A stretch of DNA of 63,948 nucleotides, filler included, from Dimargaris cristalligena (Eukaryota): NCBI GenBank assembly GCA_003614675.1. It is 4 parts of 4 records of this genome, joined end to end, with 100 filler letters (N's around TTAATTAATTAA, not from the genome) between each part and the next. Parts side by side here need not be neighbours in the genome. Positions count along the whole stretch, not along the records: positions 1 to 16,474 come from ML002843.1; positions 16,575 to 33,044 come from ML002844.1; 2 more parts are not named here. One strand, written 5' to 3'. Positions within the stretch are counted from its first letter, which is position 1; each line of letters begins with the position of its first letter. Under the pieces are notes generated by a model, which made no database searches, had not been told where the DNA came from, and saw nothing but the letters and a program-made list of their open reading frames with translations. Below are positions 13,935-24,695 of this stretch, in pieces. The position numbers and the translations under genes were made by a program.

Positions 13935-14282
13935 GATCGTGTGACGATGCCATACTTCGCGGTTACTCAATGAACTAATCGGAACCCCCATTTTGGCCTG
14001 GATAATCGTCCCAATCTTATAAAAGTATGGATAGCAGCCGTTCAATGTATTCAACCCTACCCCAACGGAGTATTGCTCCGCTCGTCTTCCGGTAGTTGCG
14101 AAGCAAATCTCCGGCAAGTCCCAATAACGAGAGTAAATAATAATTCTTTATAGATACTCTCCATTTACCTGCCTACCTACCCATCTATTCAATCAATTCA
14201 TTCGCATAGAAGACCACTTGTATTATCTTCCGTCTTCTCCATTAGGCGTATTTATCAATAATTGATTGCCAATTAGTCAGCC

Positions 14283-16234
14283 ATGTTGAATTCCCCCCTT
14301 TGGTTCGGTTTTCTGGCGGTCGGGGCCCATACCGTAGCCCATCCTACTGAAAGTCCGCCTCTCCCGAGTGGCCACCACCACCGACTGTGTATTTCGTCGA
14401 ACCAGGCGTCCAACGATCCACTTTCCTCTTGCTGGCGCAACTTACCCATTGAAATCAGCCAAAACATCATTTCCCAATTGGATGCCCCCAAGCAAATCGA
14501 TTTACTCAAAGATAACAGCCTTTGGCGGGCCAATCGGCGATTGTTGTTAGAGGAGGTAAGTTGTGGGCTAAAGGCATGTCTCTAGTAGTGCTAGATCCTA
14601 CTTAGGTAGGAGGTAGGGGGCTCCATATATATTCGCGGGATAAATTTAAACATGCCCTATATATCACTCATTGGGCAATACATTGGGGATATGCATATAT
14701 GCCTCGGCTGGTGATTCCCGGTTCCCTAAACTCACCAGCTGCATTCGCCTATTATATCATACATCAAACATAACACTCACACACCCCTACCTATATGGTT
14801 CCGTATAATAATTTCTATCACGGCACTATATAGATCATTGGGAAAACACACACTGCCTATTCGGACCAGAACCAATGGGATCAACTATCCACCACTTGGT
14901 TAGAACTAGCCCCTTTGGAAATCGTGGACAGTACCCTTTTCAAAATTGACGGCATGTCCCAGAAGACATACCCAGCGCAGCAACGCCTTTTCACGCAAGA
15001 AAACATCAACCTGTACTGCGAGCATTGGGGTGATTTCGAACAATTTGTAGTTGCCAACCGCCACCAACCGATCATTAGCCGCAATGCCCGCTACCCCCTG
15101 TTACTGGATACCTTATTAGCCACAGGCACATTTGCCCGGACGTTTCCCCTCGTAGCGGGCTTGGACGGCGCCACTTTGATCCAATTGTGGAAACTATACC
15201 AGGCTGGACGACAACAGCACTCGGGACCGCGTGAAACATTCACCTCCCCCCAACCGCCGTTGCCCCGGAGTTCGCGACGGCCCCTAGCAGCAGCAGCAGT
15301 CGTAGTAGCTACCACTATGGCCGCCACCACCACAACCGCCGCCCAGTTGACGTTACCCCTCGGGTCGCTGAACATCCACCGACTCAATCCTCCCCTCACA
15401 GTCCCGCAACTCCTACCCCATGTCATCCACCGCGTCAGCTATACGGCCCTCTGGTATTTTTATCAACAGGGCCACTTCGCCGATATTTACCGGTTTTTGG
15501 AGGGTAACACAGATCAGGTCCGCGACCCTAATCATCCCGTCGACTACATGTATTACGACCCCCGGCAACGTAATCGGGTGGCCATCTGGGCCCGCTTTTG
15601 CCTTACCTTGGCTTTTTTGAAAGATCAACCCGACCCAGAGACCGGAGGGGGGCCGTTCATCCAACGGCTCGTCCAAATCGTGGAACGCCACTACCGATTA
15701 ACGGCCCCCGGGTCGGTCGGTGCTGGTACCGGTACCGGGGTCGGGCCTAGATCCAAGTCCGAGACTGAGAGTGAGAGTGAGAGTGAGACCGATGCTGAAA
15801 TCGGGACTAGAGTCGGGAGTTTTGCCAGACGCCACCTTTCCCACTGGGTCTGTCTCCGATTCTGGAATTTCCACCAAGCCGCCGACCGCCTTTACGTGTT
15901 ATGGGGTTCCGTGGAATGGTTGTCAGCCCACCCCATTGTTCATCACGAAAATTGTCGCTGGCAGATTTTGGACCACCCCGCTCTGGCGTTCAATGGCCAG
16001 GGTCGCCTGGTACAGTTGGTACCCGAAACCCAGCTACAAGCAGCCAACGACGACCAACAACTGCCCCCCAAGGCCATGGAGATTCCCATGGGGTGGGTGG
16101 ATTATGACTATAAAACTAATCGGGCGTATCGAACCTTAATTCAGTGCCCCGCCGTTCAGGAACTGACGTACATGGAATGGGCTAGGGCAATGTTAATTAT
16201 GTTTTGGTTTCGCTTCTTACACCACATGGTGTAG
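14283..16234 (+). CDS. Putative secreted protein with an N-terminal F-box-like motif; exons 14283-14555 and 14834-16234; about 557 aa
   Basis: Signal-like N-terminus MLNSPLWFGFLAVGAHTVA|HP. WRNLPIEISQNIISQLD..Q..L....LW fits the F-box consensus. GAG|GTAAGT donor and TAG|ATC acceptor are in phase with the 439-aa ORF. Confidence 0.75.
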
Positions 16235-16423
16235 TTCTTCATAATTTATACACAATAATGTAAAAAAAGGAATAAACTGAAAGCAACTAAATTTATTTTC
16301 AAATGATTCCCAAGCCTGATAACCAAAACTAGTCGCGGATCATTTTATTTGTAAAAAGTGAGTAATATAGCAGCTAGATGCGATACTAGCATACAGCATA
16401 CAAATGGAAAACAAAAAAGGAGA

Positions 16424-16474
16424 CTCCGAAACGGGGAATTGAACCCCGACCGTCACGGTGAGAGCGTGAAATCC
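16424..16474 (-). tRNA. tRNA-Glu(CTC), 5' part cut off by the contig end
   Basis: Reverse complement reads GGATT TCACG-CT-CTC-AC-CGTGA CGGT CGGGG-TTCAATT-CCCCG TTTCGGAG: anticodon arm, T arm and 3' acceptor strand, followed by a T6 Pol III terminator at 16413-16418. Confidence 0.93.
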
Positions 16475-16574
16475 NNNNNNNNNNNNNNNNNNNNNNNNNN
16501 NNNNNNNNNNNNNNNNNNTTAATTAATTAANNNNNNNNNNNNNNNNNNNNNNNNNNNNNNNNNNNNNNNNNNNN
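16475..16574. other. Artificial contig linker (44N-TTAATTAATTAA-44N)
   Basis: Six-frame stop linker inside N runs, identical at three places. Confidence 0.97.
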
Positions 16575-16850
16575 TTTATTATCTATCTTTTCAAATAAAG
16601 TTCAGTTTTCAAGGATTTGATTTCAGTTCTTTACAGGTCACATCAACAGTAACATCCATTGGTATGACTTGGTGATAAGGGAAACAGCAGTAAACCCCTC
16701 GGCTATAAATATGGCATGGGCCACCCTCTCTTCAACTATCAATTACCCATTCACAGTTTATTGATCTGACAATTACATGCTTCCCCCCCTCCACAACCAC
16801 CGATTTCTTCAACCCACTCCCACTGCCCAATTTTAACCAATTTTCCGACC

Positions 16851-17075
16851 ATAAAGTTCCAGTCCACCGCTGCCCTCACCCTCATTTTTATTCTGGCTAC
16901 TGTCACTCAGACCCACCCACTGGCCCCTGTCGCAGTCCATTCACCTCAACTAGCCAAGTGTGGATTCCACTCTTTTGCTGCAAAGGTGGGTGGTGGTTAT
17001 GTTGGTTACAAAGTAACCAGAGTTGTAATTGACAAGCTCCAAGGGAATAAGAATAAGAATACTAATACAATTTAA
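16851..17075 (+). pseudogene. Small secreted-peptide precursor relic (start codon apparently ATG>ATA)
   Basis: TATAAA at about 16703, a C/T-rich leader, then acc-ATA opening a 74-codon frame: (I)KFQSTAALTLIFILATVTQT|HPLAPVAVHSPQLAKC GFHSFAAKVGGGYVGYKVTRVVIDKLQGNKNKNTNTI*. Confidence 0.65.
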
Positions 17076-17769
17076 TCCAGTGGCAATTGTTCGACTTACC
17101 CTGTCTGGTTGATGGCAGTACATTTCCAACATTGTGTCAATCTCAATTAAATATTTAAAATACCATACTATCACTGACACACCTTGAATACTTTTATATT
17201 GCTTGGTGTTGTCAATAAGGGATTTTTTGCCTCAGAATCTACCTGCTTCTTTTATTTATTATATAAAAAATATATACCAGCTAATCATCTTGGCCTGCTA
17301 GCCCTTTACCCAACTTAAATGTTTTATATTTCAATTTCCTTAAAATATCTGAGGTTTTCTCACCCTACTCTTTTGAATCTTAGTAAGTTCAATAAGGCCC
17401 CCCAATGAAACTCAGTAAATTTAAATATTGTAATAGTACCTTGGATATATAGTATTGGGATGCTTGATATTGGAAATGCTAACAATATACCAATACACTT
17501 TCATAAAAGGGAAGAAGGCAGCTAGAAGATGGCAAGTGCCTCTATGTTGTTAGTTTTATTAAATAGCATAGTCAGCAGGGGTATCATATGTGGTAAGAAT
17601 GAAAGGATAAAGGATAAGTAAATAAACTATTGTAATTGTTCAGAAACTGACAAGAACAATAGACCCACTGGGACCTATTTTTCAACAGAAGGAATTCTTA
17701 AATATTATTTAATAACAGTATGGGTCATATGAGGTACAAGACAGTACCTTTTACATATTTTGTCTAAAG

Positions 17770-18360
17770 GTATTACCTAAGTTCACCACTATTAGTTCAT
17801 CAAGAGTACTGAGGGTAGGCTTCTAATGGTAGGTGGAGCTTAGGCTTAGTTAAACATTTCACTAGTATTAGGTATAGGTATAATACTAACTAATAAAGGC
17901 TAGAGGTAGGTAAATGCAAGGGATATACAGTAGATACACTTACTAGTAAGTATAAGGGGGTGAGTATATATAGGGTTTATTGGATAAATGAGGGGTAAGA
18001 ATAAGCTGAGGGTTCTAACTAGTCCCAATGGGGCCCAGTTATATATATATGGGGATAGCTCCAGAGGGAGGTCCCAAGGAAAGGATACTACCAAGACTAA
18101 GGTATAGCTAGATGGGCTAACTGGATAGTCACCAGTATCCAGAAGTCTCTAATGGTAACTAGAAGAGTCTATAGATTAGTACTTGAGTAATTAGTATAAT
18201 AAGGTGGAGTCCAGAAGAGGAAGGGTTATATGATAAGTAATGATCCCATGGTACTAGGTGTGACTATGGGAAAGCTAATATGGTGCTATAAGGCCTAATA
18301 TGGTCAGATATCTAAGTTGGCCAGATTAAGGTGGACTAGATGGTCCAATAAGCATAATAT
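17770..18360 (-). repeat. Second copy of the CpG-free degenerate repeat
   Basis: 17775-17933 matches 32885-33044, and about 18110-18350 matches about 430-660. Differences are mostly transitions. Confidence 0.75.
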
Positions 18361-19902
18361 TGTATTATAAAATAAATTATTTCAGAATATAAACTTTAAT
18401 AATTATATGATAATTATTTTTCTTTTATAAGATCTCAGTATATTCCATATGTAAATTTGAATACTATAGAAATCCCAATTATTTTACATATAGATAATAA
18501 AAGGATTACAAGTGTTAATACTGCATATCTATTGGGCCATGGTTAAGCCATTACTGGTTCTTCCCAATTATAAACTATGGAGAATCCTAAGTGAAGTATT
18601 TGGCCACTGGTTGAGGCTGTCACCAGTAATAATTTAAGTGTTTTAGTGAATGCATGTCAATACTTTTTTGAAGAAATATTACTGGTATTAATGTAATTTT
18701 GGATGTAAATTATATACTCAATGTATATGTTATTATAAATGTCTAGTGAAGTATATAGCCATTTCCAATGCCTGTTAGATTTTATTATGAGAAAAAGACA
18801 TGTACTTTTTAATCCAGGCAGCCTACACTGGTACTGACCATGAGATTGTTGATTGGAGGCCATAGTTTGATCATGGATCAAGTATAATTGAATTTACCAT
18901 TTATATATCCAGGTTTTATTAGCTAGAGGAAAAACATTTAACACTAAAGGTAATATAGTAAATATTTAAAATATATTTGTTGAGTGTAAAATCATAATAG
19001 ATAAGAACCTAACTGGCTTTTGGGGGCGAGTTAATGTATCATGCTAAATGATGGAGTAAAAAGTAGCATGACTAAAGTTGGAACTGCTGTACTGGCTTCC
19101 TAGAAAAATGATAATGAATACCAGCAGTGAGATATTCCACAGACTCTGCTTTATATATGCAGCCATGATGTCTTTATCATTATTATTGACAATTGCAGTA
19201 TGAATTAGATTAGTAGTATTTTCTAACCCTGTACTATCTTAAATTTGGTGTCTGTTGTCCTGTATTGACCATGAGATTATCTCATAAACCTCCCTATAAA
19301 TGCATGTGTCAACTGCCTCTAGTTTTTGCCAACATTTAAATATATAGGTATTTAAAAACTACATGGTGAATATGGACCCACACTGATAAATGCCACCTAA
19401 TAAACAATTATTGGGTAGTGGGGACTGTTGTTTGGCCTTCGTCTGCCTTTGACAGCTTGGCAAAAGGATCATAGGGGACATAGTCTCTCCCTATAGTATA
19501 GTTGGGGCTACTAATTGCACCCCAAATTAGAAAAATATATTGTTTGATACTCAGCATCACTGCAGAGTGAAGCTGGTATGTACTAATGAATGTGGTTGGG
19601 CAAAGGAATTAATAGAAAGGCACTTGGATAAACCACTGTGATGTCAGGGGCAAATGAGAGTGGTATATGTTAGGACAAGAACAAGTAGAGAGCTGTGGAG
19701 GAGAGAGTATAATACAATGAATATGCATATTAAACAAACAAGTGGTGTGTATGGTTTTAATTACAGCTTGTGCTATGTGTTCAATAGTGGGGGGAACAGG
19801 TGTCTTATGTATATAATGGTTTTCTGATGTGCTGCCGTGGGCAGCTAGGCTGAGGCCGCATAAGCATTGACACTGATCACCAATCCAAGAAGTAACCATG
19901 CT

Positions 19903-21343
19903 ATGGATGAGTTTGAGGTCCCCGGATATTTAATAAGTTCATTCTATGTGAACGGCCTGGGTCCAGAAATGTTTTTTTTATATGAGCTGATTATCCTTTT
20001 CTTCAGCTTTCTAATTTATTATTTTATTTTTATTTCCATTAACTATTGACGAAGTTATAGGCCATTGAAAATGATGGTGATTTTAACCCATGACGATTAG
20101 TATTATGATGGGCTATAAGTAAGACCAGGTACCACAAGATGGACAGGAGTTTGAAGGATGGAAAATAGGTTTATTAAACTAGATATCAAAAAGGGAAAAC
20201 AAAAGAGGAGTTGCAAACTAAAGAGCAAGCTGTGGGGGAATAGTTGGGGTTATATCTAAACTCAAGGGGTAGGAGAAGAATGACGACAACTAATAAATAC
20301 AAATCAGTAACTAGGTAATATGGGGAATAAAACACAGTAGGATAATGGGTATATATTCTGATAATATTAAATATTAATTTTACCCATTTGTTAGTATGGG
20401 TTTTTTTACTTATATGGCTGGTTATTCTTGTAGCTCAAATTAACTAGTTATAACAATTAGTTGCTTCATATTTCTACTTGTATTATTTTTGATTATCCTA
20501 TTATGAGCGGTGGCCTGGGAATAACTACCCATCCAGTGGGTTCCTTCTTGGAATTACACCATATAACCTTTTAGCATGAATTATTTATATCAGTTATATT
20601 AATATCCGACATGAAGAAGGCTTGGGAAGACCACACCTTTACAGGTCTTCCAACCTTCCAATTATCCATTATTCACTTCCATTTACATATCCATGACCGT
20701 AGCTTAGTTATTAAGTCAGTTTTTTCCCTATTGCAGGTTTTTATGACCTAAAATCATCATAGTTATCATTAGGTATAGTCATTTAGTTTAGTCAAATTAG
20801 TATATATATTCCAGCAGCGTCCCCCCGTTTTTAGGGATAAGTTATTTTTGAGATAAGTTTTTATTATTCAGAATAAATATCTAGTTTTAACTTCACTAGT
20901 ATTAACTGACGACCCCGACGATTTCTTTATAACAGTTCTATTTTATTATTTCTGCTCTTATTCCTTTTATTTGTTCTATTTCTCCATTCGATTTTGGTAT
21001 CTCTAGTACCAAATTTTTAATACCTATTTTTTTATCATCTGACAATGCGACGACACGCGAGACGACGGCGTACGACACAATGGAAGAAACATCCATCAGC
21101 AACTTCCCGAAAGCCACCTCGGTCTCAACCCCCTCGAAACCGATCAAGCCCAACACTCCGCACTACATGACCAAGTATGGCAAACCGTCCAGTGAAAGCA
21201 AACCGGAGACTCCTCCATCTGCTGACACTCCCAAGGGCGAGCCAGCGGAGCCCCTCAAAACTTTGGCATTACACATACATTCGCCATTAATGGGCGCTTA
21301 CTCCTTATTATTAGATAAGCACATCGATGAAAATGGCCTATAA
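19903..21343 (+). pseudogene. Possible decayed multi-pass membrane protein gene
   Basis: ATG at 19903, a hydrophobic segment, then NY*RSYRPLKMM (TGA possibly from CGA). An apparent last exon after CAG at 20935 reads FYFIISALIPFICSISPFDFGISSTKFLIPIFL and runs into the S/P/K-rich 21080-21343 ORF. The middle region has many stops. Confidence 0.3.
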
Positions 21344-21766
21344 ACCATACATTAACCGTTCAACAATACGTATGTATTTAAATCCATGTGTTTATTTTCA
21401 AATCAGCAAACACCAAAAATAAAAATAAGAGCAGGCTGGAATGGCCAAGTAAAGGGTTCTAATATAGCATAGATAAAAATGAAAAACAGACCGGACAGGT
21501 GTGAAATAAGCATGGGTTGCCTATATTTAATAGGACAATAGGGCCCCGCACTAGTGAACCCAGGGCAACGAAATGATATTGAGAAAATGAGCCGCTGTTC
21601 ATGGTGAAAATAAATGATACATTTAGCCATACCGGCCGGAATGCAAATAATAAAGAAGAATAGTGGAGAGGGAAGCACGGAAAAGCACTCGATTGGGGCA
21701 ATCGGCGCCCACATAGAAATATGTATCTACGAAACAAAAACGGTGGTACTGATATGAAATCAAAAT

Positions 21767-24275
21767 CTACTCCTGAGGTCGCTCGCCCGAGGAAGTGCTT
21801 TTTTTGGACTTGTTTCGATTTTCCTCGTCGCGCTAATTCGGGGAGTTTGTGAGGCAGCATTAGATCACGAAACGTGCGTTTCAGTTAGTCGGGACTTTTA
21901 ATAGCACAATACACTCAAATAGGGGGTGCCCATTATATCGAGCTAGAAAATGAGCATAATATGCCGTTTCACCGAATCGGCGACTCCCAATGCGACTTAC
22001 CTGTTCTTGGGCCAATTCGTCTTCGATCAGGTCTTCCTGTTGTTCCAAAACGGCCAGCTTCTGTTTGTTGGTGGCCTTGCCGTGAGCTTCGGAAACCTTC
22101 AGTTCCGCCTCGCTCAACTATGTATAGAACATATAGGAAGTTGCCATAAATGAGGAATATGGATATGTGCACATCCGAAATATAGATACATGCATGATTG
22201 GTCAACCCAGCGTATAGCGTGCCCCACTATAGACATTCGGCATTATATGCTCTTTTTAGGGTCTGCTATGATTAGCCAAAGCCACAGTACAGTTTCAATG
22301 GGACTATAAAACTTACCAGGTTATCGGGCAGCGACGACAAAGTGGCTTGAAGCACGTCGGGAGAAAGAGTAGCCGACTCGCTGCTAGAAATAGCAAAGGC
22401 CCGCATCAAAATCAGGATAGTCATGGGGACCTTGTGGTTCAAGTGCAGATCGAGCCATTGTTTCAACTCGCTACGTAATCGGGCGGGTGATACCCCAAGG
22501 GCCCGCATGCCGCGGCTCGAACAGGCCGTTTGGAGTTCGGGAATCGTCATGGTATCCACTCCTTCCGAGTTGATCATGCGGTCGTCGGCCCGGATGAATT
22601 TCATCTGGCTTCGAATGCGGTTCCGCAGCATATTATCCAAACCGTAGATCCCCAAGTTCATGTACCGGCAAATGCTAACCAGTTGTGGGCGGGACAGATT
22701 TTCCAGGGTGAAATCCTCCTCGAAGGTGCGGGCCACTTTGAGCAGATCTTCGGTTGCGGCAAGCTCACCGGTCGAACGGATCTGGTGATGAGGATATTCA
22801 GGTACACCAATTTGGTATGTTGGTAATAGTGAGTTAAAGACCATGTCAGTAACAAGGGTGCTTGACAGGGTAACAGTGGGAAAACGATACACCGTATATA
22901 CGGTGCGCTCCGAAAGACAGCAGCATCTCTATTGATATTCTCGTTTGCATTGGGCAAAAGCCAAACCAGTAGGTCATTGGATGGAATGGCATATCCTGGG
23001 GTGAACCGCCTTACCTTATGGAAAAGTTCGACTAATTCGTCGACTTCATTCTCGGCAGGCGTGCGGGCCTTGGCACTTTCGGCCATCGTTTCTCGCAAAA
23101 ATTTGCTCACTTCCATGCGCACTTTCAAAAGCTTGCGACGATTGTCCTCTTGGGTCTTTTTGGTCTGAAAGGTGCTGGGAAGCATATTGGGGAAGAGCCA
23201 CAAGGCAACGGGCAGCAGCAGTTCCATGAAGGGTACGATGATGAAGAAACTGAACGGGATGAGCCGAAGCAAGTCCTTGGACGTACGGCTCAGCTGTAGG
23301 TGGGCAGCATCGGGATAAGAGAGACGATGTCGATTAGTCAGGGGTTTGCAGGTAATGCATACGACATGTAGAAAAAGTGCAGGGCTTTGAACTAACCGCA
23401 TATGTAGAGGATGGGCATAAAGCGGGCAAATTTCCGACGCTCAGCACAGGCCTATGCTTTAAAGTGGCTCGTCGTATTCTTTTACCGGTTAGGCACTTAC
23501 CTGACGCTGTTCACGGCGGGTCAGAGTGTTGCCTTTGATCATGCGGGCGACCAGCTTGGTGGAAATGCGGGTTTCCAGAGCCAAGAGTTTAGTGCCATCC
23601 CACAGGTGGTGGAGTTCATCCTTGATGCGTTGCATGATGGGTTTCTTAGCCGTGGGAGGCACCACGGTCGGCTTAGGAGGGGAAGTGACGGGAACCACCG
23701 GGGCCGACACAATTTTGGAGAGGTCTTCACCGGAGGAGGTTGGCTTCGAAGACGCATCGGTGGTTGGGGTTGGGTTGGCAGTGGGCGTTTGGCTCGCGGC
23801 GGAGGTATCCTTGGCAAAGACAATCGGTCTGGGATCGAGGCGATTCGGGGACGGGGTTGAGGTGGCCTCGGTGGAGCGCTGCTGATCGGCCCGTGGGGTG
23901 GAGTAGGCGAATGAGCGAATCAGAACCTGGGGCGGGACCACCCAAATGCCAACGGGTGGGTATCTGGTGTGGACAAAGGTGAGACCAGCAGCTACAAGAC
24001 GGGGTTCCGCCACAGCAAAAGCCCGTAATAATAATAATAATAAAGAAGCGGGGGTATGGGAATGGGTCAAAATTTACCAGAAACGGCTGTTGTTAATGTC
24101 AGGACAATGAGACGCAGGAAAATCTGTTAAAGACTCGAGTCGGACACCTTCAGCAGTATCAGGGTGGCGTTAAATAAAAAAATTACTCACGTTGGACGCG
24201 GCTGAAGGGGCGGAGACCGACGGACGAGGCACGACCCATAAGGGACCCACTAAGGGCTTTCGATAAAACGGGCAT
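21767..24275 (-). CDS. MDM38: LETM1/Mdm38 mitochondrial inner-membrane protein; exons 24275-24191, 23991-23501, 23293-23015, 22781-22317, 22117-22001, 21832-21767; about 500 aa
   Basis: LETM1 motifs ELHHLWDGTKLL, LTRREQRQL.RT..DLLRLIPFSFFIIVPFMELLLPVAL.LFPNMLPSTF, LENLSRPQL, DDRMI..EGV, ELQTACSSRGM, LKQWLDL. All introns are GT..AG with consistent phases. Confidence 0.95.
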
Positions 24276-24695
24276 GGCGTGGGTCGCTCGCTAGTGGGGA
24301 GGGGAGAAAAAGGGATCGGCCGGTTGGGGTGTTGCAAGTGAACGGAGTAACCAGATAATAAACTAGAAATGGAGTGACTAGGTTGTGAAGAAAGACAAGG
24401 GACGCAATACAGCAACAGCAATGGCAAGAAGCAACTGACAGAAGCAGCAGCGTCCGAGATCAGGGCTGGCATAGTACCACTTGAGCCTTAAGAGAGGCTG
24501 ACGTACTCATAGGGCGCACCCTAACAGCTTGGGCGCAACCCTTCAGACTTGGTCAATTACCCACGAATCGTCCCACCTCGCTTACCCTACTATTTACCTG
24601 TTGTTGTTCTGGTACTCGAATGCGCCTCTCTATTTTTGTTTAGTTTGCAACTCCGTTCGGCTCTAGTTATTCCTTTGTCTCCCCCTCCCTGGAGC

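Noticed and set aside
15765-15790. (GAGAGT)n, (GTA)n, (TTA)n, (TA)n and (ATCC)n short repeats as CRISPR-like or telomeric arrays
   Set aside because: Ordinary microsatellites with no spacers, in a eukaryotic context.
16519-16530. Palindrome TTAATTAATTAA repeated at fixed 16,570-bp spacing
   Set aside because: Assembly linker embedded in N runs, not biological.
24549-24695. Hydrophobic N-terminal extension of the CDC16 ORF (apparent signal peptide)
   Set aside because: It comes from an upstream TTG start in pyrimidine-rich leader sequence. The first ATG is at 24696.
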